Below are positions 12,259 to 26,392 of a stretch of DNA of 64,000 nucleotides, one piece after another. The stretch covers positions 24,926,001-24,990,000 of the forward strand of contig CM119372.1 of assembly GCA_051294905.1 (NCBI GenBank). Reading direction: 5' to 3'. Below the pieces are notes generated by a model, which saw nothing but the letters and a program-made list of their open reading frames with translations, was not told the DNA's origin and did not search any database. A program made the translations under genes and the position numbers. Positions within the stretch are counted from its first letter, which is position 1. Every line of letters starts with the position of its first letter. Origin of the DNA: Botryllus schlosseri (Eukaryota).

Positions 12259-14120
12259 ATGCAGCGTAATCCGGACGACAGAGATTTGCATATCAAAGTC
12301 AAAAGAGCATGTAACGGCATCAATGAGACAATTCACATGATCGCAAATGATCCTTCACTCGGCATGTACAGAGTTCAGCAACACGTTAAGAAGTCACTTC
12401 CGAAAGTAGTAAACTCTGATAATGAATTAAAAGCATCAAACTCCCAACTACAGGTATTTTATCCAAGCTTTTGTTTTGACTTGGTTGATATTGTAAGAAA
12501 CTATTTTGCTGGATCTGATCATTTTATCATATTGTAGTGTTTAGTTGTTATTGCTGCTGCAGTAACCCAATCATGGATTTTTAAACGCTTCTGTTATGAA
12601 ACATTACAATGTGCCACGACGTAGATTTCTGACATTACTACATTAGTGTGATTTTAGATTTTGCTGGGCACTGCGAGAGTATAACTGTTTTTCCCGGTCT
12701 AACAAGTTTCTATGTTCATTGTTCATTGATGCAGCTAGTTTGGAGCAGAATGTGGGGTGAAGTGAAACTCACCCATGTTGAGTTGTTCAAACCAATATAA
12801 AAGCTACTAGTGGGATAGGAAAAAATTTTCTGTAGAACTTAATATATCATGTGTGCGTTTTGTCATTCAAAGACTGCACCTTGAAGATCCGCTTTGAAAC
12901 CAAACGTCCTCATTATAGGTGCAATTTGACAACTTGTAAGCTGCTAAACTGAGCAACTGCCAATAATTCGTCTTTACAATAATCAGATGTGGAAGATAAT
13001 GTGGAAATCGTATTTATTGAAGATTGCATTGTTGATTTTGGAAGCGTTGTGTGTCCTTGCATTAGTTCAAATTGATTAACTTCAGAAAATCTGTGCTCAC
13101 CCCATCCTGTTTCAGAATCAATGTAACCAACATCATCCATAATTTTTGCCAAAGTAGTAATGAAGATTGGTTAAATATATAATTTTATTAATGCTTCTGA
13201 TGCTAGTTGGTGTGGATGGTAATCAAATTCATATTTGTAACAAACATCTTTGTACGTAGGTCATCTTCTTGACAGTCTCCATTTCTACAGTCACGTTGAA
13301 ATGAAATATAATTTTCTGTTTTGATTATTTTCGATCTTGTGCTTTCCAAGTATTCTATGTTTTCCAAGTACACTATGGCGCAGCCCACGAAAAAATTCAA
13401 ATTGTTCCCTGGAGCTTTCAAGCTTTTCACCCCTGAATCAGCACTGCGAAACATATGTTTGTAAATATTGGTCCTAGAATAATTTATAAAGTTACTGGAG
13501 GATTTTCTTAACCTTCATTTGACACAAGTACTTGACGTGAATCTATGTATATTTTATTTATGGGGTTTATAATAATGCAGCAATCCTGAAGTAATGTTTG
13601 AGACATGCAATCAAATTAACATCTGATCTTTTTTACTAGCACACACCGTTTTCAAATTCACTGTTAAACTCCTGCAATCATCTCATATGCTTACTGGCAA
13701 AGATTGTCAAAGTAGTAACTGTTGTCGGAATTAGTAGTTCTGCTCAAGTACAAGTAGTGACTTTCTATATATGTTGACATTATGGCAGGTAGCAGGCTGC
13801 TAGTGACGAATAAATTTACCTGAGACGACTATGTAGCATACTTATTCCGTCATTTTCTGTGTAGTGTAACTGAGTAAGCATCTGTTCCCTAGATGCTTTG
13901 ATGATGTGTCGCGATTGTCACAAGCTATTTGCAGACCCAATTAATTAATTTAGATATCCATTTTTAGGGCCTGGTATATGATGCAAGCTATGCAGATGAG
14001 GCAATCCAGAGTATAAGGGACAGTATTGACTGCTTCACGAATATGGAGAAACTATTGCGTGAAGCTACATCAAATGCAGCTGTGATAAAGATGAAAAAAT
14101 CGTCTCCGCATGTTTTGTAG
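12259..14120 (+). CDS. BORCS8: BLOC-1-related complex subunit 8 (MEF2BNB)
   Basis: Exons 12259-12453 (MQRNPDD...MIANDPSLGMYRVQQHVKKSLPKV...QLQ|gt) and 13968-14120 (ag|GLVYDASYADEAIQSI...FTNMEKLLREA...*). Matches the BORCS8 pattern ANEPSxxLYRLQEHVRRSLP...GAIYxVEYA. Confidence 0.88.
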
Positions 14121-15324
14121 TATAGGCTAATTCACATCTCGATGTACTGCGTGTGCAATACCTTGACCTTCCTCCTTTTCCGCCGTATATTACTGTTCAG
14201 ATTTTGAAGTAAAAATATAGTTATTGCAAATGTGCATCGCTTCCAGGCAGAACCTAGCTTTTATTGTATTAAATATTGAATGGTAAAAGCCGAACCGGAC
14301 GACGTAATCCTAACTAAATTTAACCGACAGTCGCTGAGCGATGGCTTGCTACCCATTCTTCTAGTGATAGTGGGCGAACTTGAATAGCAAGGTCAAATTT
14401 CCGTTATCATAATGACGATCCCGTATATCAGCTCAGGGTCCTGGCTGATTTCTGAAGGATGCTATGCGATTCACTAATTTATTGATATGTGACGCGGAAG
14501 ATCAAGCTTGGTGATATTGTGTGCGCTTGCGGTAGCTGGCCGTGCGCTTTTGATAGCTTTCTAGTCGGCAAGATACATGTTCGTGACTAGCTCAGAATAA
14601 ATGATCGCGTAATGTTACATGATCAAAAGATTTGGTGCGCTAACTACGCAAGATACGAGGAAGCTAAAAGTTGCCAAGCAACATATAGCAAGACGAGCGG
14701 CGTTGAGAAGTATATTCATATTTGAATGAACCAAAATATTTCAGGCTGACAATCGTCAGAAACTATGAGAATTTTATGAACAATCGTATCACCAAATATG
14801 CGGTGTTGTGTTTATATCCATAAAATTCTTGAATGAATAAATGAATCTATTCTGAGGTTGTTACGCCAACATCCAACACAAAAGGATACCAATCGCTGCC
14901 TCCGTCCGGACAATAATATATAAAACGTCAAAATTATTAATTGGCAAATCCACCGCCATCGTCAGTAGGCCGTGCCGACGAGTTGGAGGCTCATCGCTGG
15001 GCTGTCCTTCCGGCGTCCTTACGAAAATCAAACTGTTCAGTGTTCACCTTATCCGCGTCAGCGGTGTCTCACAAAAAGCCTAGAGGTGGGCCATCGGCAG
15101 TTACGGAAAAATAAGAAGAATATCGGCCTGGTGTAAATGACCATAGAAGTCGACAAAATACCATGAATACCCCAAAACAAACAAACAAACTGTTCGTTAC
15201 ATCGCATGGCGCCTTGTGCTTCACATTGTGCCTTGACCAAAAAAGGAATAGGTCCGTAGCCGTTGATAATAGGTGAGACGTGATAAAAATCTCTTAATCG
15301 CAGGACGCGGTAGTGTGTAGTAAC

Positions 15325-18300
15325 TTATGAGAGCGTACATCCCGCCTTTTTCTTCCCCTCAACCCGTTCTCCCCTGAGAAACTGATCGATCTGACGGGCC
15401 TCGAACAGGCCTTGGTATTTCACGTGCTGCGCAAATCTGGCGGCGACCGGGTCCGACATCATCGTGGCGATCGCGACTACGTGATCGTTTATGACGTAGA
15501 ACGCCGCGAACTTCTTCTGCTCCAGCGCTTCCTTCTCTTGCACGATATTGCCAGATTTGTCGACGCTTTTGATGACGACGGAATCGTACTTAGCAGAGTA
15601 GCCCGCGTAGCGAATGCTGATGCCGAATTGCACAGTCCAGAAAAACGGCACCGAGTCGATAGCACTCGGCGGCGCAGAGCCTGGAACATAAATAATTCTC
15701 GGATGCAGAGATTGATACACTGAACTATTTGGGTGTAATTGAACATCGCAAAAGCTTTATTATGTCCTTAGCAACCTACTGACTATAATATCATGTTTTT
15801 TTTAATGGTAGGCCTACTCGCGGAGGTGATTGTGGTGTTATATTTATGATATGCTTGAGCCCGACGATGGTTTCCCGTTATTATTTGGTATAGTACTCAT
15901 GAGCATGACATGCGGACTGCTGAGTGAATAAACTTCGATTACGACTTGTAAAGGCGCCTGTCTAGTAGTCAGTCTTGCACAGAAGTTCGGTGACAATGCT
16001 ATATGATGGCAGCGGTGGGATTCTAACCCACACAATCGAAATGACTGGTGCCTAAAAGTACATGCATAAGTAGCGATTTACTAGACACCTAAACCATTTC
16101 AAGTTGAAGTAAAAAATGAAGGTATGAAAATTACCACATGTAAAAGTAGTTTTTAAAAGTAGACGTGGTCGAGGGGTCGCGTATTTTAAACGGTTAATCG
16201 GAGGTTTCTGCCAAAATTGCTAAGTGCATCTTAGCCATGAATGCATATTGATTAACTATACAACAAGTAGGTGGGATAATTATAATTAAACATATATTCA
16301 GTTACCGTGATGGAGGGGACTTCTTCGCCCATGCAGTTGTTTGACAATGTCACTGGTAAAAGTTAGGCAAGAATATACCGAGTAGTTTTGCCCCAAAAAT
16401 TGAGTGGAAGCATGCTGTCTACAAACAGCCACTCGATTAAGTTATACCTAGGCAAAACCCAATTGAATAGTAGGAAAAAGTATATTAGTAATTCACTGCT
16501 GGCCACTTCTGGGACGGATTAGTTGGTCTGCTCTGTATCAGAATGCCAATCGACCCGTGGGAAATTCGGGACATACCCTTCTTCGCAGTACGAACGATAC
16601 TTTTTGCCGCCAACTGTCCGTGCTTGTGTGCCATTTGCCAATGTTGAATGTTTGTCGCGCGTCCCTCTGTAATTGGAACATGGCATTGGGAACTGCATAC
16701 TGCACATCCGCTACACTTGTGACGAAAACCTGTCATTTGCATCGGAAACGACGCGATGTCGCCGCCCGCGTACAAGCCCTCCACGTTTGTGCGCATTTCG
16801 CCGTCTACCAGGACGTAGCCGCGTTCGTCCATTTTCACGCCGCTGTCTCTCAGAATCTCGGTATTTGGGATGACGCCTGTGTGAGAGGGAAATGACCTTG
16901 GAAGGCGAATTCGCGTCGGCGCTACAAATTCAACTGATTCAACTAGGTCTTTCGAATCGTAGAGGGTCTTTTAAAAACCAAATCGGTTAAACAACGATCC
17001 GCTTCGGGTATATAGATAGATAGATAGATATAGTACGTTCGTCCCACGCATTTAGAAATTTTCAACACGATCAGCTGTGAACATAACATTGTCTATCAGG
17101 TGCCGCTGCGGCGTCTGTCACTAAAATACGAACAGAATGCCGCGTTGGTCACTTACAAGAGTTGCATTTCGCCAACAGTTGATGCCACTCGAAATATTGA
17201 GAGAAATCTAATTGAAACTCCCAATAGGACTGTGTGATTTAATTACGCGCATGAGACGTGCGCCGTCATCATAACGTTATGTAGGCCTGTGTAGGCCGCA
17301 GGAATATTAAATATTTTCAATACAGATGCTGGCCGCACACGCAAAACTGCGTCAGATACGGCGCGGGCACGTAAACGATTTGCAACCTACCGATACCCAA
17401 AACCACGATGTCCGCGTCAATTAATGTTCCGTCCGTCAATCGCATCTGATTAACTTTGTTGCTAGCGGCGTCGTAAACGAGCTCGGTTACTCCAACGCCG
17501 GTGTGGAAAGCTACGCCTTTCTCTTCGTGCATTTTCATGATTAAGGACCCGATTTGGGGACCTAACGAAGATTGAAATGGAACCTGGAATCAGTAGAATG
17601 CGTATTAATCGTCTTCGAAAGTGCCGATCGCGGGCGGACCGAATCAGTGAACCAACTTCGTTCAAAGTTCATTTTATATAAAATGGTATCCCGGCATTCG
17701 CCCAACTAAAGAATTGTGTGAACGTGAGGTTCACGTTTGCGTTCTGTGCGTGAACCTCTGGAATTTGGAGACTCGCGTTCGCAAACGAACCTTGGTAGGT
17801 TCTGCGCTGTGAACCTTTTTCACGTATATTACAGCATTTCACGTCCTTATAACATCTTTGAATGAAGTACTTTACATTCAACTTCGGACCACTCTCCACA
17901 TGGCGTCAGCAGTAAACAAGCATGCACCTTGCCAATTGCAAAAAGTTAATGTTTTGTTAGAAAAGTTTTCTCGAAATATATAGCTTTCCGTTTGTGAATA
18001 TTCAGTGACTCTCTGCAGTGAACTTGGTTCGCAATCACACACCAAGAACGAAATGCACTACATGTAGATTGTATAGTCAGCGATTTGCGCTTATTCAACC
18101 AATCAGTTTTTGACATCAATTAAATTGATATACAGAATGCATTGTTGTCTAATGTCAAAAATCTATATCTTGATTTGATATGTTTAATGTATCATCAAAC
18201 GAATTCCGTCCGATTGGGTGTTGGCTACTACGGTGTATTACTTGTTTATGAGGTAATATCTGTAGTAGAAACCGATTTTTCACTCTGATCAATATCATAG

Positions 18301-21300
18301 TAGCAATAGTCACCCGCCTTAGGAATAGGCCTACATTGTCCGGTCTAGCCTATGCCGTTATGGCGTAGGCTTATATTCTCTTGCAAGTCCACGTCGAAAT
18401 TGTGGGCAAAGCGAAGAAATATATTGATTTTATGGCGTAATTATAGCATTTGATTGTTCCAATTGATATATTTGGTAATGCTTATAAAGTCAGCCTGTTC
18501 GTCAGCATTGTAGTATAATGTGGCCTGAGTTGCAGGGATGTCACTGGGATATTTCGAAAAAACCCAGATTTGGACGCTAAATAAACCCAGATCCTACATT
18601 TCACTCGAATTTCTATGAGATAGCTCAGAAAATGGAGACTGACAGTCATTATTTTCAGTCATACAGTCATAGAGCTTAAGTTTTAGCCCTTAATATTGAA
18701 ACTACAGAAGTTCATACTATACATTTTCCTCGGTTAACAATGCGAATCCAACAAAAATATGTCGTTTTCCTTTTGAAACATTGCTACGAAAATAATTGCT
18801 GCGCGTAGCTCCGAAAGCTGACGTGTGATAAATAAAATTATTGCAAGTGTGAAAGCAACCAAGATCTTATTATATTTATTGATACACGGCAAATTTGTTG
18901 GAGTGATACTATAGCATTCAAGTCTTGAATCGTTTTAAATTGTATGAAACGGTTCCTATGAGTTGCCCTGTGAACATGACTTTCTGCGACCTGGAAGTTG
19001 GTATTCAATAATGCTCCATCGCATCATGGCAAGGCCTCTCAATTTAGTAGTGAAATAGTCTCTCAAGACTATGTCATTACAATACAACGAAATCCATTGA
19101 CAATGCAGCAATCAAGCAGTCAATCGACAACTGAAGCTAGTGCATTTTACTAATCTAATATAATTGATTTTCGAATATAAAATTAATCTGACAAGCATGA
19201 TGTTGAAAAAAAAACAGATTCAAGGAAAAAAAAAACGGAAACTACGGTGACGCTCGAAAAGAAAAATCTGGGTGGAAAAACCCAGGAGTGGCATGTCTGC
19301 TGAGTTGTAACTAAGTATGGGGCACATTCACATATTACCTAACGTAAATGCAGGGTTAGAATTTGCAATATGACGGCACAGCTTCGTCTTCACGTTCGTG
19401 TTCACAAAGAACCTTTCAAAAATGTTCGCGTTCACACGAACCCGAACCTTTCAGTGTTCGCACCATTCCTATACGCCCAATCTTGATAATTTTATCTGCG
19501 ACATTTCACCTAATTTTTTTGCTACATGCAGAACCTTAGATTATCGAATGTGAATATGTGATCATACAACATCAACACGCCATGGTTAGCGATGTGCATC
19601 ATAGTTGATTACCTTCGAGCGAGTCCCGCATACAACGGTGACCGACTCGCATTCCTTTTTCTTCGCTAGAAACGCCGCGATTTCCATCGCTATAAACGAA
19701 GATCCGATCAGCACAACTTTATGACCTGAACGAGAGGAGATCCATCGATCGAAGTTTAATACGACTAGAATACCCCCACGCTATAAGCGAAAAGAGTGTG
19801 TATTCGGGCCCGTCGTGCCGAACAGGGTGGTACACGTGTAGACCCTAACTCAGAATTATATCACCGTCATATAAATCCTATACGTTCCTATATGTATGAA
19901 TACCTTGCTATACGTTCCTACGTGCATGCGTGATTTGGATTAAAATCTTGAACTCGATTTATACCGCGTTGCAAGCTTGAGGTAGGTTTTGGTGTCGTGC
20001 GCCATGGGTGTATATTCACACCCGTATATCAAGGGTGATACACGGTGATACACACACTCTTTTCGCTAAGAGTGCATGCTCATTGGGGGTCCATCAATCA
20101 GAGATGGTACTTCTACTTTCCCGGACTACTCAACAAGGCTATGCCTATACTTGCACTGGTATTGATTTTTCGGCAGAATTTCTCACTTTTAACAATTATG
20201 ATTATCAAAACTATCACGTAGTTATGGGATGAGTTTGTATCACTTTTACGAGTGAAATTGTCATCATACGAACTACGTAACATAGGGCCTGCTGTGTCAC
20301 GGTAACGTATCACATTAATTTAGTGTCATGATGCGTTTTTCAATTCCGCTGCCGAGTAACCGCTAAAAGTATGCGAGCCCTAGACCAAGACATATACTTT
20401 TTGAAAGTATACTTACGCAAGCATTTTCAGACTTTCATTTTCTACTTACCCTTCAAGTAAGCTACTTGTACTTGTAATTGCGCAAAAATGTACGGCGGTA
20501 CTTCTACAGTGATATTGTTCGGTGGTGGTCAAAATCGTCTGAAATTTCTACTCAAGTACAAGTGCAAGCGATTTCCAAGTAAGTATACAAGCCTAGTACT
20601 CTCAAAACTTGAACACTAAATCAGGCTACACCCTCCAAAGTATCAGCAATTCGTTATTGCCCAATCTCTAGATCGCTGGTAACGTAATGACTACTTGGAC
20701 CACCTCCGCGCCCAACCACGCTATACCCTCTCCAACGCACCGCGACATGATTCCGCCATTTTGTTCGCATCGTCCACAGTGCGCAGCACGTGAATGTTTT
20801 CACAATCGTGTCCGTCCATCGGCTTCAGCGTGCGCGGCCGACCGCCAGTCGCTATGAACGCAAAGTCGTAGGAAAGCTGCGTCGTGCCGGCGTCGTCCTT
20901 CACCGCGATTTTCTTCGCCTCGTTGTCGATGGCTGTGGCCTCCTGGTGAATTGCAACATTCCTCATTGCGGGGCGCGGTTTTTGAGCGAGGTGGCCTATG
21001 GATATTTGAACAAGCCCCTTGGCCGACAGAACCTGGGAGTCGGGCTTGACAAAATCGAGTCCGTCAGTAATTGGGTTCCGAAAAATCATCTCTTGATGAT
21101 ACTCAACTCGAATCATTACACGTATCTACTCCATGCAGATTCGAACTCGAATCACTGTGACCAGCCCTATAGCTAGGATTAGCAGCAAATGAGTCTGCGC
21201 TCGAGATAACCGGACCCCGATCCGACATATTTATTCGCCTATTGACAGTTAAAACATACCAGTTCATCGCTTGCCTTTTCTGCGTTATCTTCTGTTGCTT

Positions 21301-24300
21301 GTAATTCAATGAGTAACGAGCACGGTTCTTATTTTCATGTTCTACGCTCAGGTGGTTTTCTGATTGTAAGACTATAGTCTACAGCAGTGATTCCCAACCG
21401 CGGCCCCCAGCTATCCTTGTTGCGGCCCCCACAAAAATATGGAGAAATCGATTTATGATATAAAATAAAATATATATTTTTTAATTAGGATTGCAGGAAA
21501 GTTGTGAGTAGAGTGCTAACGTTATGTCACTGGTGTTTCAATGCAATGTGCCCTAACTTTCTAGTTGAACGAGCAGTAGCTATAGATATAGGTATTGATA
21601 ACTAATCTATGGATAGATGTACAATTGTACAACACGGGACTCACGGTTGAATACGCCGAGATGCGTATACTGCTGAGCCGGCTAAAAGCAGCATAATCGG
21701 TAGTCCTATAGCTCGCGACCCAAGCGTCCGAATAAATTGATATGTAAGGTCTTTATTGAAAGCTAGTGCCGCTCTGATTCCGAAAATACGAATTCAAATC
21801 TGGCCAGGGCAATAAAACTACTCCGAAATAGCCGCCGAAGGTCGATGGTTCTGAACAATGGAAACGCGGCAACACAATGACCATAACAATGGCCAGTGGC
21901 GTCGAGCGATTGTTCGGAACTATGCAAATTTTCATATTTTAATGACTATTTTGGGTTCGTTTCATTGCCTTGGCCATATTTAAATTTGTATTTTCTGGAT
22001 CAGTGCGACTCTTGCTTTCGATTATGACAGTGGTTCCCAACCTTTTCCCACCCAACTATACCATTTCGAGATTTTATGCAGTGCTCGCGTACCACCTACA
22101 TGAGTTACGCGCGCCGAAGACGGTCAAAAATGTTTCCACCGTGTTGAGCTGCCGAAGGCGGCGAAACAGAAAATGAACTGCCCATTTTAAAGCGCAGTTT
22201 GGGATTTCTGTGATGGATCCATTTGGACTTTCTTGCAGTCAAATATATTAAAACAGAATTTGGTTAGGTAAGAATCCCAATGCTGTACGACTAGATCTCC
22301 TCCCCGTACGCCGTCATTGGTGGGATTACCGCTACCCACGACGACTTCAAAAAACTAAAAATCAAGCCCACCTGATTTAATAACAACCTTCGGTCGAGAA
22401 AAAAACATAATCTACTCGCGTACCACCAGGAAGACCTTCTCGCAGGCTACCACTAGTGGTACGCGTACCATAGGTTGGGAACCACTGGATAAAGACCGGA
22501 CATATTAGACATATTAAATATGGACGCTCGGATCGCCAGTTATAGGACAACCAATTATGCTGCTTTTACCGGGCTCAGCAGTAGGCCTCTCAGCGTTCAA
22601 ACCGTGTATCATGTGCTGCGCATCAATCTGTATGTTACAAATCTATGGTTAAGGCAAAACCCCGCAGCAGTTGTCCAGTTCTCCTCGATTTTACTCAATT
22701 TTGTGAACTTTTTATTGATCTAAAGCAGTCACAAATTCTATAAAGCTGCAATAGGTTAATCAGTCATTTGGTCAAGTTGGTAAGCGCTTTGATGCTTTAT
22801 AATAGGGTTACCATATTTAGGAAATCTGAAAAGAGGACACTTTTTCAAAATTTCAGACTTGAAAAACTGGTGAAAAATCCTAAAAAAATGGTAAATTTTC
22901 CCCACTTCGAGGTCGGTTGACTACAAAAAAGGTCAACTTTCTGGCTCAGCTATCGAAATACTCGCCGGAGCGTTACTTCAGTGGTGATTTACTCTATCTC
23001 AGTCGATTTTGCCCTATATTTAACCAGCAGTCTCGTAAAAGAGAACAAAATCTCAAAAAAGGACATTTGGGCGTCCTCCGAGGACACTTTAAAAAAAGTC
23101 AAAAAAGACGACAAACCCTCTTAAAGGAGGACGTATGGTAACCTTACTTTATAATTTTTGCTATACTTAATGAGTGTATTCGTGCGGCTCCCACCGTACT
23201 TTGAAATTCTAAATTTTGCCCTCACACCTAAAAAGGTTGGGAACCACTGGTCTACAAGGTCGTTTCGACATATTCCCATCTTTTCATTTTACCGCTATTT
23301 CGTGGTACTTTGGAATGATGAAAATATATTACTAACTATACTGAATTGAAAGAAAACTACAATGCGTTCGTGCCAATCAGCAGGGAACGTTCATGGAAAA
23401 TCTTTTAGTGAATAAATCAGCGATGTTTGCTGCGATATATGATGCATTTTTTATCAGCAATCAAGTATTGTCACAGATATACGCCACGGTGACTTGATCG
23501 CAAAAAGTTGAGGTTGAGAAGAGAGTGCCATTTTTTCAACCAACTGCCCGCCGTGCTGGTCGTTATACTCGTAAAGTCTACTACGAGAGAAAAATTAATG
23601 AAATGCGGTTTCAAAATAAGCTATTCATCTGTGCTCAACATCACTATTCCTCACTAAAGCTGAAACGGCTTCGACGATGGCAATTGGCAGCAGCATTCCA
23701 ACGAGGGAGAATCAGCTGATACGGGCAATGGCCCAGACACCGCTAAGGCCGAGACGCTTAGAAATGGGCTTATTACTTCCCTACGAAATCAAGATTTACG
23801 AGAGCTGTTTTTGTTGGAACTTTGCCCGTCGCCCATGTTAGAGAGCACAGCGTCGTACTGACTTAAAATATTTTAAAACGTGGTTGCTCAAAGTATGGCC
23901 TATTTTGTCTCGATATTGCATTCTTGCGGCCAGTGGCCTCTACGAAATTTGAAAAGTGGCCGTCGACCCGTTTTGAGTTGGCGAGCACTGCACTATGAGA
24001 ACATGAATTGACGTATTCGCAAATGCGGCGATGTCCGAATTTGCTCCAAACTACCCTAATGCTAGAAATCGGATACAATGCATAAACTCATGAGACACCT
24101 GTAGGTAGAATTCCAGTTTGCGATCAACTCTAAGTATTCCGTGTCTGCGTTTACCAATTGCATGATAACCCCTCGCAACGCAGGACCGCAAAATCATTTT
24201 GTAGCATTTTGCGTCTCTGGATGATCTATACTTCGAGCAGTACGACTATATTCAATATGCCTATTGCGTACTACACCTACCGTTCCAAGTAGAATTTTCA

Positions 24301-26392
24301 CGCGTATATCATCATAATACTGCATATTCGGTCGGAGCAGGATCGTATCCGGGTTTGAGTCCGGCAATTTACTCAATTTAGCGCGGTCGTAAGGCAGTCG
24401 GGACTCGGCACAAATGATTGTAATATTGCCGCTGAACCCGCTCTTGCGCAGTGTTTCCGCGCAGACGAGAGACGCCGGCCCGCCGCCAACAATCAAAACA
24501 GTCTGGCCGTCATCAACACATTGATCTGAAAGATATGGATGGGTAATCCATGAGCGGATCAGAGGTCAAAGTAGCAATTAAGTAGCAAAGTATACTTCAA
24601 GTGGTAATTAAAATGATTCGAAATAGTTGCAGAATGTAGATTTGGTCCCGTGGTCGCATAATTTTTCAGCAGTTAGCCTAATTGGAGGTGGCTACTCACG
24701 AAATTGCAAGATGAATCGTTAATCATTTTTAGTCAGCCTTCAGGATTACTGGACCATGCCACCTCATTTTGTCGCTTGCCTTTTTCATTCAGTGTACTGT
24801 ACTGTACCTCTTGTCTACTTCGCCTATAAGCCAAGGTGGGTGTCTGATCTCAAAGACCACTCCAAGTCGTTTCGACACCTTCCTATCTTTTCATGGTATC
24901 GCAGTTCTGTTCTGTTTTGAAATGATGAAAATATTAATAAAACTGATACTGATCCTGCGTTAGTTGCGAGATGCACCTTGTATAGTCTTAGAATATCTAA
25001 CAAACTGCTAATTAAAGGTATGCGCCTCCTCGACCAATCTACTTTTAGAAGTACTTTACAGCCCATTATTATTTTCTACTTTCACTAGAAGGAGTTTAGG
25101 CATGTCTTGGAAATCGTTCATTCTACTTGTACACTTGTACTTGAGGGAAAATTTACGTAAACACTTTGGTCATTTCCAATAAGTATAGGCCTACTGTCAC
25201 CCTTGAAGTATTATTTGACTGAAAGTCAATGGAGTCGGCGCGAGTAGCGCTTCTTGAATATCGAGTATACTTCGTTGTTCATTAGCTCGTTGTACCATGC
25301 AAATCCAACCAACTTCAACAATTACGTCTACATACCAACATTGCTGTTAAGATGTAATTTCCTTTTCGCACTTTTCAGTTCGACAATGTTTGCTTGAACT
25401 GATATGTCGCCACTTCCGGAGTCAACAGATACCTGAAAATAACAGCGAATATTTCTTGTTCAAACCTAATCTCAATTCCAGTCGCGCTTCGGGGCGATAG
25501 AGCAGATCGCGACCAAATCCCCACACATCAGAAAGAATGCATTTTTTAACATTCGTTTGCTACGTTTTTACGCGCAGGTATGACACGAATAACACGCAGA
25601 CAACAGTTGTAAGCAACTAAGCTCTATGAAACATGTATGATGTATCATATCTGTGTCTCATAATCCCGCACTCGCTCGTTGCACAATGCACATGCACAAG
25701 CACACCCAACCACTAAAGCATCCCACATGTCTCCGACGATGTTTTCCTTAGGACGAATCTTATCATGAATTCAAACCAATTTGCGTAATGCAAAGGCGAT
25801 TTTCATGATCAAAAGTCATATTGTAGCAATGAGTTTGGTACGGTTCTCGCTTAATGGCTATAGTTTTCGCGATAATATTTCCTTTGTTGCAAGAAATCCA
25901 ACAAATATTGGTGGCGTCGCGATTTAAAATTATACGATGTTTGCTATATAATCTGCTATATAATCATCGGTTAATTCTCCGATAACTTTCACACCTGGTA
26001 CGTTGGAATTGAGTCCACCCCTGGGTAATCTTCGATGTCTCCGGTCCTTGCATTAAAACAAGCACCGTGCCATGGACAGCGAATTACACCGTTGCTGATA
26101 GCTCCTCGCGCCAAAGGCGCGCCGTAATGAGAACATTTATGTCCGAGAGCAGTGATTTCGCCATCTTCGTGGCTAGAGACGAGTACGTTGTAATCATTGT
26201 AGAATGATATATTTCATAGGATTTGTATATTGGATGAAGTAAATTACAACGTTCAACTTGAGAACAGACATACCGGATCAGTAAACACTTTCCGTGATCG
26301 GCCACATCGACTTCTTTCACCAACGGTAAATGGCCTTGAAGTTCGCTGATGTTTCCGACAATTGCTTCAACATAATCAGTAGCAGGCTCCAT
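15325..26392 (-). CDS. AIFM3: Apoptosis-inducing factor 3-like (Rieske 2Fe-2S + pyridine nucleotide-disulfide oxidoreductase)
   Basis: Phase-consistent GT-AG exons 26392-26274, 26172-25995, 25432-25336, 24525-24281, 20942-20741, 19725-19613, 17583-17391, 16876-16730, 16666-16577, 15680-15325. Motifs: Rieske CSH...[53 protein letters not shown]. Confidence 0.93.
21384..23250. mobile_element. Nested hAT-type MITEs in an AIFM3 intron (inner copies ~22028-22487 and 22803-23146)
   Basis: cagt(g/a)(g/a)ttcccaacc...ggttgggaaccactg termini. The tagggttaccat...atggtaacctta element has 8-bp TSD ctttataa; the same family at 61998-62257 has TSD tgtaacaa. Confidence 0.7.
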
